A stretch of 64,000 nt of DNA, taken from Veleropilina oligotropha. Lineage: Eukaryota. Made by a program: the position numbers and the translations under genes. Location of the stretch: the NCBI GenBank assembly GCA_048128005.1, contig JBEUKZ010000080.1:124001-188000 (forward strand), read 5' to 3'. The notes below the pieces were generated by a model. That model made no database searches, had not been told where the DNA came from, and saw only the letters and a program-made list of their open reading frames with translations. This document shows, piece by piece, positions 12,216 to 24,084 of this stretch. Every line of letters starts with the position of its first letter. Within the stretch, counting starts at the first letter, position 1.

Positions 12216-15200
12216 TCACTGTCGGGAAGACCCAGATCCCGTGATACATTGTTGTCCTGCCGCCACAAAGGAAATTCGATGTTCACCCCTAGCCGTGGTC
12301 GCATAATCATGCAGGTAAAAGCGAACAAAGGTATTTGCGTTCTTCCAGTAACAAGCCTTTAAGATTTCATTGATATTCAAATTATATTTGAAGGCTGCGG
12401 AAGTCGCTACTGCACGGGTCTCGTGCGCGTGGATTGAAACGAGATCTCGTTGTGGCTCATTGGACCGAGAGTAAATATCCTTAACAACAGAGACTATCCA
12501 ACGTGATACAGTCGATTTGCGAATGTCGCGGTGGAATTGAGGCATGTGGCTAACGAATAAATTCTTTTTACCGTGCCGTAAGTCTCGGGTGCGATCCAGG
12601 TAGAACCTCAGCGCGCGGACCGGGCAGTTGAGGCGGTCGATATCACTTCTATCCAGCATGGAGAGGTTACGGATACAAACCTCGGGACTGATATCTTCAG
12701 GTCGTTGTGTCTTCGCTAGGAAGCCAAGGACAGTATGCAGCGTCACCGACCCATTGGTGTGGAAGTGTATGTCTCGAAGCTCTCCGGATAAAGCGTGTAT
12801 CTCCGAGGCCCTGTTACCGGTGGCGAGGACGGTAAGAAATACGGTCTTATAAGTGAGATTTTTAAGGGAACAATCACTCATAGGCTCGTACGGGCCTCTA
12901 AGTAAAGCATTGAGAACTAACGAAACATTCCAAGCGGGCGGTCGCACTCGCTGAATGGGCCGTTCGAGTTGATAGGAGCGTATGAAGTCCGATATTGTTT
13001 TGTCGGTAGACAAGCGGGTGTGCTCGCGGCATTGCCGTAACGTTGTTGCTACGCATGAACGGTAGCCTTTGACTGCGGAAATTGACATTCCCCGTTCTAG
13101 CAACGACGATAAGAACTCGATAAATTTAGTCACAGGGGGGCGGAATATATTGACGTGCCGCCCGCGACACCAATCCACAAATTTCGTCCATCGGTAGTCG
13201 TATACCTTAGTTGTAGATTGTCTTCTAGATCGGTAAATGCGCTGGGCTGTCGCTCTAGAAAAGCCTTTCTTGATGAGCGATCTCTTGATAGTCGCCAGGC
13301 GTGAAAGTGAAACTCTTTCGCCGACGGGTCTTGAACCCGACTGCGCGGTTGCGATAACAGGTCTGTCATCGGCGGTAGCGCTCGTGGCTGATCGATGAGT
13401 AGATCCAGAAGTGTCGGAAACCAGGACTGCGTGCGTTGTAGAGGTGCTATTAGCGTCAACTCGCAGTCTTCGCGGGTCGCTTTCCGTAGTACTTGTGCCA
13501 ACATGCACGACGGTGGGAAGGCGTAGGCGATCAGATTCACCCATCTCATTGACAGAGCGTCGACGGCCATAGCGGCCGGGTCCGGGTAAGGAGACACATA
13601 GAGAGGGAGTCGGTGATTGAATTCGGTTGCGAACAGACCGACTTGAGGCGTCGACCACAGGCGACAGACATCTCGGGCTACACGGGCGTGTAGCGTCCAC
13701 TCTGTGTGTAGAATCTGTGTTTTCCGAGAGAGCGTATCCGCTCTGACGTTCAGCTGTCCCGGGATGTGTCGGGCTCGAATCGTCGAGTTGAGTGACATCA
13801 CTAGGCGGTGTAGGTCGATCGCTCGGTCGCAAAGTGGACGGGAGCGAGTGCCGCCCTGGCGCTGAATGTAAGCGACGACAGTCGTGTCGTCCGTTGCTAG
13901 CATGAAGTGCTTGCGGAGATGTGACGAGAGGGACCGTACTGACAGGAAGACGGCTTCGAACTTTAGGAAGTTTATGTGTCGTCCCTGCAGGTCCGTCGGC
14001 CAAAGGCCCGATATCACGTGACTGTCGAGGTGACCACCCCAGCCCTCGTTTGACGCGTCCGTGTAGAGGGAGGCGTTCGGTTCTGGGGGGGATATCGGAA
14101 CCGACTGTTTCGGCAGGGTAGTGTTCAGCCACACTGCTGTCGTGCGAGTAAACCAATGCCGTAGATCGATGCGATCCGTCCACTGTCCCGTACGTTGTAT
14201 CCAGCGGTCCTTGAAGGCCTGCTGCAACGGTCGATTTTATGTGCGACCCGTCGGTAACAGGGGAGCTACCGACTCGATGTGCCTTAGGACAGTGGTCAGT
14301 CGTTGCGCTGTCGTTATCCGTGAAAACCTCGTTTTCAGTATAACTGCGCATAGGTTCTCTATACGTTTCTGAGTCGGTTTCGCGGTGTACCGGACCGTGT
14401 CGAATTCGACCCCTAGAAATGTAAACGTCGTCGAGGGCACGAAGCAGGATTTGTTGTTGATCTGTAATCCTAGGCGCTTCGCCGATGACAGGGTAACGCT
14501 CATAGACTGGAGGCACTGATCCCGGGACGCCCCGGGAATCAACCAGTCGTTGAGGTATATGTGTACTCTGTGCCCTTGCGAGTGTAGGAAGGCCCCAAGA
14601 GCCTGTACTACCCGCGTGAAGACGTACGGGGCTGACGATAGACCGAACGGTAGACACCTGACGTGGTAGACCGTTCCCCCGTGGACAGACCGTAGGTACC
14701 GGTGAGCCGAGACGTGCATCGGAACGTGTAGGTACACATCGGTCAAGTCGATAGACGCTGCCCAGTCGCCCGGACGGATGGCCGTTCGTATCTTCGAGAG
14801 TGTTCCTTGCTTGAACATCTCGGTACGAAGATACTGGTTGAGGCACGACAGATCGAGGATCGGTCGCCAACGGCCAGCGGTATTCGGGACCAGGAAAAAG
14901 TGGCTGTAATATCCTGGTGTGCTGGGCGGCGCGGGATAAATCGCTCTGTATGAGAGTAAGTCCCGCACTGCCTGGTCTAGGACGGCTTGTTTTTCTCTTA
15001 ATAAGAGACGAGCGCGTCCTGGTGGTGGTGTCGCGACGAGGGTTGGATGTCGAACCAACCCTAGACCGCGGCTTCCCTCTCCCGCTCTGACGGGAGTTGG
15101 TCGGAGGTGCCGTTTTCGCAGTAGATTTATTGGCCTGAGAAGGCCCACTATGCGAAGGTTTGGCACGCTTGGAAGGCTTATGGGACCGGGACGGTCCCGA

Positions 15201-17306
15201 GCGCTTCCTTGAGGTGGCAGCCGACGTACTACGAGGAGTATCCAAGACTGCCTTCTCAACAGCGCGATCCTTGAGGTCGGTCGCTCTGTTCTCGACAAAT
15301 TCGGCGAATTTGTCTCCGAAGAGAGTAGGGGCCGACAGCGGCACGCAACGTAGAGACTGCCGGGTGGCGTCGTCTAACGTGGTGCCGTCTAGGCAAGCGT
15401 CTCTATGGAGTAGGACCGCGTTACCTAAGGATCGGGCTGATTCCGACGCGTAGTTCTCCGTGGCGGCGGCAACCTCTTCGAGGAAGGACAGTGCGATCTC
15501 TCGAGCGCGGGGTCCATCCTGTTGTAGCACGGTAATAGCTCCGTTCAGGAAGGAATCCTGGATGGAGGAATGCCGTAGAGCTCGACGGGCGGAGCTCTCA
15601 AAGCCCTCCATGGCGACCCATGGGACTTTGACTACCGAGGGAGCCGTACTGGCCGACAGGCGACGCATCGCTGCATCGATCTGAACCGGCTCGGTCGCCA
15701 GACACGTCCCAGAGCACCCGATCGGAATCGGACGCTTACTGGGCCGGAGGTACCTTCCCTTACGGAGACCACTAGGGTACTCCGTTAAAGTGGAAGTCTC
15801 CACCGATTTGGACCCCTGAATGGATTTGGTCGTCGAGTCGAGGACGAGCGAGACCAACCCAGACTGGGGTAGGGTAGGAAGCAGGGGGGCTTCCGGCCCA
15901 TCAAACCGACGTGCCGTTGTCCTGTGCGTGACTCCGCTTACCGGCAGGGCCGGGTCGAGCAAGTCAAGCACCCCGCGAAGCGACGCGACAGCGTCGTACC
16001 TTCGGCGGGTGGCGGAGACGGCTTCATGTGTGCCAGAACGACTACGAGAGCCGTCTGGTCCGACCGATTCAGGGAGGTCAGAGTGAGGAGTAGGAGTGGT
16101 GTTCACGTTGGTACGAGAATCTACTTCCATCACCGAAACATGAGCCGAGCCCGGCGTTACGGTCAGAGACGTTGGGACCTGGGGCGGCTGGGTAGCCGGT
16201 TGCCAGGACCTACAACGTGCCTCGACTTCCGTCGCAATCATAGCCTGGACGTTCTCAAGAGAGAAACCCGTAGGCATGACGGACGTCGGACCAACAGCCA
16301 TTGGTCCACTCGAGGTTACCGTAGCGCATGGTTGACGGGCTGCACGGACAGGTGGAGCCGAGTACCAGGGACTCGGGTTACCTGTCGGGAAACCGCAGCC
16401 AGGGAAACGGCCCGAAGGCGCGTTAAACGGTGCGAACGACCCGTAAGACTGCGACCACAGTCTATACGGGTCTGTAACCCTGCTCGGGTGAGGCACGGGG
16501 GTATACCCGCCGTAGGCCTCAGCCCCGAACGCAGCCGGTCCTACCACACCACCCGGGACGTCTTGAAAAGAACCGTCAGAGGAGGTTGGCCTTCCATCAC
16601 TCTCGTGGGCCCCGACGGTGGCGGAATTAGCCTTTAAGCTAGCGCCATTGTCGGACGAGAGGACGGGTTGCGTCGAGCGTCTGGGACTTCGACCACGGTC
16701 GTGGTGCCCAGCAACTGTATCGACTTTCTCTGCTAGTCTCCTTCGCCTCTTTTCAGAGGTTACTTGACTCACAGAAGGACTAACGCTGCCTTGCTCCTCC
16801 GAGGCCGGAGGAGAGGAAAGGTTTTGTCTGCCCTGCTCAGCTTTTCGCCGCAGCGCTCGACGTATCTTACTGGCCGGCAAGATACTATGAGCAGCGGTTA
16901 CTAGGCCCAAAGGCGAGGAATCGGACGGCACTCGGGCCTGTACCTGAACCATGGATCCCGACGAAGTTACTCGGACTTTTCCCAAAGTCTCAGAGGTTCG
17001 GACGGTGGATCCCGCGATAACCGCTGTCCCAACACGGCTATTACCGAGAGTATCTGAAACAGAAAGTATAGGATCAAAGCCTGTCTCTAAACTTTTAAGC
17101 TTCTCGGTGGCTGTCCCATCGGAAGAAGACACCCTGGTCGTCTTCTTCGATGGGAAAAGAGTCTCCCACTGCCGATTTGTTAGTGCTATACAATGCTCAC
17201 ATGGATGGTTCTTATCGCTAGAACAAACACGGTGAATAATGCATTCGGAGTGCCTGTCAAAACCACGGATTTTCTGTCGGCACCCGGAAACACTGCAATA
17301 CTGCAT
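12216..17306 (-). CDS. DIRS copy A gag fused in frame to the tyrosine recombinase ORF (1696 aa)
   Basis: N-terminal Cys/His cluster; C-terminal YR motifs ATGNRASEI, HAHETRA and YWKNANTFVRFY. Confidence 0.85.
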   Translation of the reverse strand: MQYCSVSGCRQKIRGFDRHSECIIHRVCSSDKNHPCEHCIALTNRQWETLFPSKKTTRVSSSDGTATEKLKSLETGFDPILSVSDTLGNSRVGTAVIAGSTVRTSETLGKVRVTSSGSMVQVQARVPSDSSPLGLVTAAHSILPASKIRRALRRKAEQGRQNLSSPPASEEQGSVSPSVSQVTSEKRRRRLAEKVDTVAGHHDRGRSPRRSTQPVLSSDNGASLKANSATVGAHESDGRPTSSDGSFQDVPGGVVGPAAFGAEAYGGYTPVPHPSRVTDPYRLWSQSYGSFAPFNAPSGRFPGCGFPTGNPSPWYSAPPVRAARQPCATVTSSGPMAVGPTSVMPTGFSLENVQAMIATEVEARCRSWQPATQPPQVPTSLTVTPGSAHVSVMEVDSRTNVNTTPTPHSDLPESVGPDGSRSRSGTHEAVSATRRRYDAVASLRGVLDLLDPALPVSGVTHRTTARRFDGPEAPLLPTLPQSGLVSLVLDSTTKSIQGSKSVETSTLTEYPSGLRKGRYLRPSKRPIPIGCSGTCLATEPVQIDAAMRRLSASTAPSVVKVPWVAMEGFESSARRALRHSSIQDSFLNGAITVLQQDGPRAREIALSFLEEVAAATENYASESARSLGNAVLLHRDACLDGTTLDDATRQSLRCVPLSAPTLFGDKFAEFVENRATDLKDRAVEKAVLDTPRSTSAATSRKRSGPSRSHKPSKRAKPSHSGPSQANKSTAKTAPPTNSRQSGRGKPRSRVGSTSNPRRDTTTRTRSSLIKRKTSRPRPGSAGLTLIQSDLSRAAQHTRILQPLFPGPEYRWPLATDPRSVVPQPVSSYRDVQARNTLEDTNGHPSGRLGSVYRLDRCVPTRSDARLGSPVPTVCPRGNGLPRQVSTVRSIVSPVRLHAGSTGSWGLPTLARAQSTHIPQRLVDSRGVPGSVPPVYERYPVIGEAPRITDQQQILLRALDDVYISRGRIRHGPVHRETDSETYREPMRSYTENEVFTDNDSATTDHCPKAHRVGSSPVTDGSHIKSTVAAGLQGPLDTTYGTVDGSHRSTALVYSHDSSVAEHYPAETVGSDIPPRTERLPLHGRVKRGLGWSPRQSRDIGPLADGPAGTTHKLPKVRSRLPVSTVPLVTSPQALHASNGRHDCRRLHSAPGRHSLPSTLRPSDRPTPPSDVTQLDDSSPTHPGTAERQSGYALSENTDSTHRVDATRPCSPRCLSPVVDASSRSVRNRIQSPTPSLCVSLPGPGRYGRRRSVNEMGESDRLRLPTVVHVGTSTTESDPRRLRVDANSTSTTHAVLVSDTSGSTHRSATSATADDRPVIATAQSGSRPVGERVSLSRLATIKRSLIKKGFSRATAQRIYRSRRQSTTKVYDYRWTKFVDWCRGRHVNIFRPPVTKFIEFLSSLLERGMSISAVKGYRSCVATTLRQCREHTRLSTDKTISDFIRSYQLERPIQRVRPPAWNVSLVLNALLRGPYEPMSDCSLKNLTYKTVFLTVLATGNRASEIHALSGELRDIHFHTNGSVTLHTVLGFLAKTQRPEDISPEVCIRNLSMLDRSDIDRLNCPVRALRFYLDRTRDLRHGKKNLFVSHMPQFHRDIRKSTVSRWIVSVVKDIYSRSNEPQRDLVSIHAHETRAVATSAAFKYNLNINEILKACYWKNANTFVRFYLHDYATTARGEHRISFVAAGQQCITGSGSSRQ
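13130..15298 (-). pseudogene. DIRS copy A RT-RNaseH-adenine MTase, disrupted
   Basis: YLND in place of YLDD, in-frame TAA at 14237, and the N-terminal RT segment deleted relative to copies B/C; TDASNEGWG and YAFPP retained. Confidence 0.9.
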
Positions 17307-18394
17307 AGCTACTTACACGGGTAGGTAGGAGATAGGGTTTTTAAGTGATAAGGATATTTCCTGGGTAGTTTACCAAATTACTACTACAACCTCGATTGTA
17401 CCTGATCCGAGAGTTGGAAAAGGCTGAAATACGCTTAAAAACTTACGGCGGATTATACGCCCAAAAACACCGACTTTGATAAACCTTTTTATTACAAGTC
17501 GGCCAACGAATTGAGAAACGGGAGGTCTTTCTTATACAGAAACCGCCCTTTACACCTAAAACCTCTTGGATGTATATATATCAATTTGTTAGAATTCGGC
17601 GTGTTATCCCCGACTTAGCAGATTTACCAAAATAACGATAGTTAAATTCTAAACAATCTGCTTTCCAACGACGATAAAATTTATTACATAAATTTATAGC
17701 AAGAAAAACGTCGTTGAGGAATTATCGTATATATAAATGAAATGCAATGCAAATTCAAGCAATATCAATAATACAACTCTCTCCTGACTCCGTAGTAATT
17801 GCTAGGGAGCTTCCTTCTTTAAATATCCCTCTGAGCGTCCTCTTTATTTTCTCTTTCAGAATTTCAAGATGGCGTCGTCAATGGAGGATGTTGATTTCGT
17901 TTTTTGTCTGTAGTCGACAGGAAAAACTTCCAAGAAGGGCTTATTCAGGAGGAAAACTCTCTAATTTTCCACTAAACGTGTACACAACACTATCAACAAC
18001 CTTATGAGCTATATTGATCTCTAGATCAGGCTCGAAAAGATCGATTTTCAAAAAAAAAAATGTGGAGCAAAGTAAAACACGACTTGTTCAATCGAGCGGA
18101 AAACTTCGGATGAGGTCTTGACCCTTGGGTCACGAGGATCTCGCGGGAGTTGGCGAGCTCTTAATAGACATGAACTGGAGGAGGTCGAGCAGGTCAGTGG
18201 GTCAACTGGGTTAAATTTACTAAAAAGTGCAAATTACCATTTCCACCTTGTCCGGATTTAGCGATAATAGGCTTATTATGGCATTAGTAAGGACGTAAGT
18301 ATATTTGCTATAGATACTAGCAAAAGGCACCAACAATAAGATTTGGATCGATGAATAGAGTTCCTTTTAACATCATTCAGGGTCATTCCTAGGT

Positions 18395-21300
18395 GAGAAC
18401 CCACCCAGGCAGGCCAGTTATAGACAACATGGGAGAACCCACCCAGGCAGGCCAGGTATAGACAACATAGGAGAACCAACCCAGGCAGGCCAGTTAAACA
18501 TGGGAAAATCCACCCAGGCAGGCCAGTTATAGACAACATGGGAGAACCCACCCAGGCAGGCCAATTATACACATGGGAGAACCCACCCAGGCAGGCCAGT
18601 TATAGACAACATGGGATAAACCACCCAGGCAGGCCAGTCATAAACAACATGGGAGAACCCACCCAGGCAGGCCAGTTATAGACAACATGGGAGAACCTAC
18701 CCAGGCAGGCCAGTTATAGACAACATGGGAGAAACCACCCAGGCAGGCCAGTCATAAACAACATGGGAGAACCCACCCAGGCATGCCAGGTATAGACAAC
18801 ATGGGAGAACCCACCCAGGCAGGCCAGTTATAGACAACATGGGAGAATCCACCCAGGCAGGCCAGGTATAGACAACATGGGAGAACCCACCCAGGCAGGC
18901 CAGTTATAGACAACATGGGAGAATCCACCCAGGCAGGTAAGGTATAGACAACATGGGAGTATCCACCCAGGCAGGCCAGGTATAGACAACATGGGAGAAC
19001 TCACCCAGTCAGGCCCGTTATAGATAATATGGAAAACCCCACCCAGGCAGGCCAGTTATAGCCAACATGGGAGAACCCACCCAGGCAGGCCAGGTATAGA
19101 CAACATGGGATAACCCACCCAGGCAGGTAAGTTAGACATGGGAGAACCCACCCAGGCAGGCCAGTTATAGAAAACATGGGAGAACCCACCCAGGCAGGCC
19201 AGGTATAGACAACATGGGAGAACCTACCAAGGCAGGCCAGGTATAGACAACATGGGAGAACGCACCCAGGCAGGCCAGGTATAGACAACATGGGAGAACC
19301 CACCCAGGCAGGCCAGTTATATACAACATGGGAGAACCCACCCAGGCAGGCCAGTTATAGATGGCATGGGAGAACCCACCCAGGCAGGCCAGTTATAGAC
19401 AACATGGGAGAACCCACCCAGGCAGGCCAGTTATAGATGGCATGGGAGAACCCACCCAGGCAGGCCAGTTATAGACAACATGGGAGAATCCACCCATGCA
19501 GGCCAGTTATAAACAACATGGGATAACCCACCCAGGCAGGCCAGTTATAGACAACATGGGAGAACCCACCCAGGCAGCCCAGGTATAGACAACATGGGAG
19601 AACCCACACGGGCAGGCCAGGTATAGACAAAATGGGAGAAACCACCCAGGCATGCCAGGTATAGACAACATGGGAGAACCCACCCAGGCAGGCCAGTTAT
19701 AGACACATGGGATAGCCCACCCAGGCAGGCCAGTTGTAGACAACATGTGAGAACCCACCCAGGCAGGCCAGTTATAGACATGAGAGAACCCACCCAGGCA
19801 GGCCAGGTATAGACAACATGGGAGTACCCACCCAAGCAGGCCAGTTATAGATGGCATGGGAGAACCCACCCAGGCAGGCCAGTTATAGACAACATGGGAG
19901 AATCCACCCAGGCATGCCAGGTATAGACAACATGGGAGAACCCACCCAGGCAGGCCAGTTATAGACAACATGGGAGAATCTACCCAGGCATGCCAGGTAT
20001 AGACAACATGGGAGAACCCACCAAGGCAGGCCAGTTATAGACAACAAGGGGAACCGACCCAGGCAGGCCAGGTATAGACAACATGGAAGAACACACCTGG
20101 CCAAGCCAGGTATGGACAACATGGGAGAACCTACCCAGGCAGGCCCGGTATAGACAACATGGGAGAACCCACTCAGGCAGGCCATTTATAGACATGGGAG
20201 AACCCACCCAGGCCGGCCAGGTATAGACAACATGGAAGTATCAACCCAGACAGGTCAGTTATAGACAACATGGGAGAACCCACCCAGGTATGTCAGGCAT
20301 AGACAACATGGGAGTATCCACCCAGGCAGGCCAGGTATAGACAACATGGGAGAACCAACCCAGGCAGGCCAGTTATAGATAACATGGGAAAACCCACCCA
20401 GGCAGGCCAGGTATAGCCAACATTGGAGAACCCAACCATGCAGGCCAGTTATAGACAACATGGGAAAACCCACCCAGGCAGGCCAGGTATAGACAACATG
20501 GGAGAACCCACCCAGGCAGGCCAGTTATAGACAACATGGGAGAATCCACCCAGGCATGCCAGGTATAGACAACATGGGAGAACCCACCAAGGCAGGCCAG
20601 TTATAGACAACAAGGGGAACCGACCCAGGCAGGCCAGGTATAGACAACATGGAAGAACACACCTGGCCAAGCCAGGTATGGACAACATGGGAGAACCTAC
20701 CCAGGCAGGCCCGGTATAGACAACATGGGAGAACCCACTCAGGCAGGCCATTTATAGACATGGGAGAATCCACCCAGGCCGGCCAGGTATAGACAACATG
20801 GAAGTATCAACCCAGACAGGTCAGTTATAGACAACATGGGAGAACCCACCCAGGTATGTCAGGTATAGACAACATGGGAGTATCCACCCAGGCAGGCCAG
20901 GTATAGACAACATGGGAGAACCAACCCAGGCAGGCCAGTTATAGATAACATGGGAAAACGCACCCAGGCAGGCCAGGTATAGCCAACATTGGAGAACCCA
21001 ACCATGCAGGCCAGTTATAGACAACATGGGAAAACCCACCCAGGCAGGCCAGGTATAGCCAACATTGGAGAACCCAACCATGCAGGCCAGTTATAGACAA
21101 CATGGGAGAACCCACCCAGGCAGGCCAGTCATAGACAACATGGGACAACCCACCCAGGCAGGCCAGTTATAGACATGAGAGAACCCACCAAGGCAGGCCA
21201 GTTATAGACAACATGGCAGAACCCACCCAAGCATGCCAATTATAGACATGGGAGAACCCACCCAGGCAGGCCAGTTACAGACAACACGGGAGAAACCACC

Positions 21301-23570
21301 CAGGCAGGCCAGGTATAGCCAACATTGGAGAACTCACACATGCAGGACAGGTATAGACACATGGGAAAACCCATCCAGGCAGGCCAGTTATAGACAACAA
21401 GGGAGAATCCACCCAGGCAGGCCAGTTATAGACAACATGGGAGAACCCACCCAGGCAGGCCAGGTATAGACAACATGGGAGAACCCACCCAGGCAGGCCA
21501 GGTATAGCCAACATTGGAGAACCCAACCATGCAGGCCAGTTATAGACAACATGGGAGAACCCACCCAGGCAGGCCAAGTATAGACAACATGGGAGAACCC
21601 ACCCAGGCAGGCCAGTTATAGACAACATGGGAGAACCCACCCAAGCAGGCCAATTATAGACATGGGAGAACCCACCCAGGCAGGCCAGTTACAGACAACA
21701 CGGGAGAAACCACCCAGGCAGGCCAGGTATAGCCAACATTGGAGAACTCACACATGCAGCACAGGTATAGACAACATGGGAAAACCCATCCAGGCAGGCC
21801 AGTTATAGACAACAAGGGAGAATCCACCCAGGCAGGCCAGTTATAGACAACATGGGAGAACCCACCCAGGCAGGCCAGGTATAGACGACATGGGAGAACC
21901 CACCCAGGCAGGCCAGGTATAGCCAACATTGGAGAACCCAACCATGCAGGCCAGTTATAGACAACATGGGAGAACCCACCCAGGCAGGCCAGGTATAGAC
22001 AACATGGGAGAACCAACCCAGGCAGGCCAGGTATAGACAACATGGGAGAACCCACCCAGGCAGGCCAGTTATAGATGGCATGGGAGAACCCACCCAGGCA
22101 GGCCAGTTATAGACAACATGGGAGAACCCACCCAGGCAGGCCAGGTATAGACAACATGGGAGAACCCACCCAGGCAGGCCAGGTATAGACAACATGGGAG
22201 AACCCACCAAGGCAGGCCAGGTATAGACAACATGGGAGAACCCACCCAGGCAGGCCAGTTATAGACAACACGGGAGAAACCACCCAGGCAGGCCAGGTAT
22301 AGACAAAATGGGAGAACCCACCCAGGCAGGCCAGGTATAGACAACATGGGACAACCCACCCAGGCAGGCCAGTTGTAGACAACATCTGATAACCCACCCA
22401 GGCAGGCCAGTTATAGACATGAGTGAACCCACCCAGGCAGGCCAGTTATAGACAACATGGGAGAACCCACCCAAGCAGGCCAATTATAGACATGGGAGAA
22501 CACACCCAGGCAGGACAGTTATAGACAACATGGGATAATCCACCCAGGCAGGCCAGTTATAGATAACATGAGAGAACCCACCCAGGCAGGCCAGTTATAG
22601 ACATGGGAGAACCCACCCAGGCAGGCCAGGTATAGACAACATGGGAGAACCCACCCAGGCAGGCCAATTATAGAAATGGGAGAACCCACCCAGGCAGGCC
22701 AGTTATAGATAACATGGGAGAACCCACCCAGGCATGCCAGTTATAAACATGGGAGAACCCACCAAGGCAGGCCAGGTATAGACAACATGGGAGAACCCAC
22801 CCCTGCAGGCAAGTTATAGACAACATGGGAGAACCCACTCAGGCAGGCCAGGTATAGACAACATGGGAGAACCCACCCAGGCAGGCCAGTTATAGACAGC
22901 ATGGGAGAACCCACCCAGGCAGGCCAGTTATAGACAACATGGGAGAACCCACCCCAGCAGGCCAGTTATAGACAACATGGGAGAACCCACCCAGGCAGGC
23001 CAGTTATAAACATGGGAGAACCCACCAAGGCAGGCCAGTTATAAACATGGGAGAACCCACCCATGCAGGCCAGTTATAGACAACACGGGAGAACCCACCC
23101 AGGCAGGCCAGTTACAGACAACATGGGAGAACCCACCCAGGCAGGCCAGGTATAGACATGGGATAACCCACACAGGCAGGCCAGGAATAGACAACATGGG
23201 AGAACCCACCCAGGCAGGCCAGTTACAGACAACATGGCAGAACCCACCCAGGCAGGCCAGGTATAGACAACATGGGAGAACCCACCCCTGCAGGCAAGTT
23301 ATAGACAACATGGGAGAACCCACTCAGGCAGGCCAGGTATAGACAACATGGGAGAACCCACCCAGGCAGGCCAGGTATAGACAACATGGGAGAACCCACC
23401 CCTGCAGGCCAGTTATAGACAACATGGGAGAACCCACCCAGGCAGGCCAGGTATAGACAACATGGGAGAACCCACCCAGGCAGGCCAGGTATAGACAACA
23501 CGGGAGAACCCACCCAGGCAGGCCAGTTATAGACAAAATGAGAGAACCCACACAGGCAGGTATAGACAAC
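18395..23570. repeat. 38-bp minisatellite (ACATGGGAGAACCCACCCAGGCAGGCCAGTTATAGACA), over 130 copies, with 35-bp variants
   Basis: Continuous tandem array with no unique spacers. Confidence 0.97.
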
Positions 23571-23876
23571 AGTAACTGTTAAATGCTCAAAGGGCCGAGG
23601 CAATGATCGACCTACTGCACGGTGCAGCAATGCAGCTAGGTGAGTGAATGGGGAATCACACTCTATGCCACTAAGCTAAACGGAAAAATATAAGGAGAGG
23701 CAATCAATAATTTATATTTAAACCTGACACATGATTTGCTATGAATAAGTTCTGAGAAATAATTCAGTTAGACAAACAGGTAAAATAACATTGGTGATGT
23801 ATGATCAATGAACCTACAATAATATTAATTACTTTCTAAGTTATTGGATAAATTATGGCAACATTTTGATTCTTAC

Positions 23877-23930
23877 GTAATGTGTCTCATCTTCTTCGTT
23901 GTAGGCTAGTTTGACAATCCCATAAGCACC
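23877..23930 (-). CDS. CAMKK: CaMKK coding exon 2 (GAYGIVKLAYNEEDETHY; glycine-rich loop)
   Basis: tgtttcAG|GGT ... TAC|GTAAG; completes IGK-GAYGIV. Confidence 0.95.
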
Positions 23931-24084
23931 CTGAAACAATCAGATTTACATGTAGATCATAAGTTATAATAGCACATCGACAACAAGACCAAGATTACTA
24001 ATCGTATAATATCATGATGTTAACAGAGTTCCTCAAATTGTGCAATCTTCATCGCAACACTTTTAAAGTTAATTTCAAGGAACA

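Larger units (their letters stand above)
11036..18316 (-). mobile_element. DIRS1-like tyrosine-recombinase retrotransposon, copy A (complete termini, RT inactivated), inside CaMKK intron
   Basis: Inverted terminal repeats ~11058-11273 / 18101-18316, right-end extension to 11036, internal complementary region 11338-11427; gag, RT-RNaseH-MTase and YR ORFs; no TSD. Confidence 0.95.

Noticed and set aside
18395..23570. CRISPR-like array or Cys/Trp-rich repetitive protein ORFs
   Set aside because: Head-to-tail units have no unique spacers, there are no cas genes, and the context is a eukaryotic intron. The ORFs are frame-cycling translations of the 38-mer.
23575..23680. Possible minus-strand tRNA/SINE head (TAGCTTAGTGG)
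   Set aside because: Too degenerate; no convincing B box, tail or TSD.
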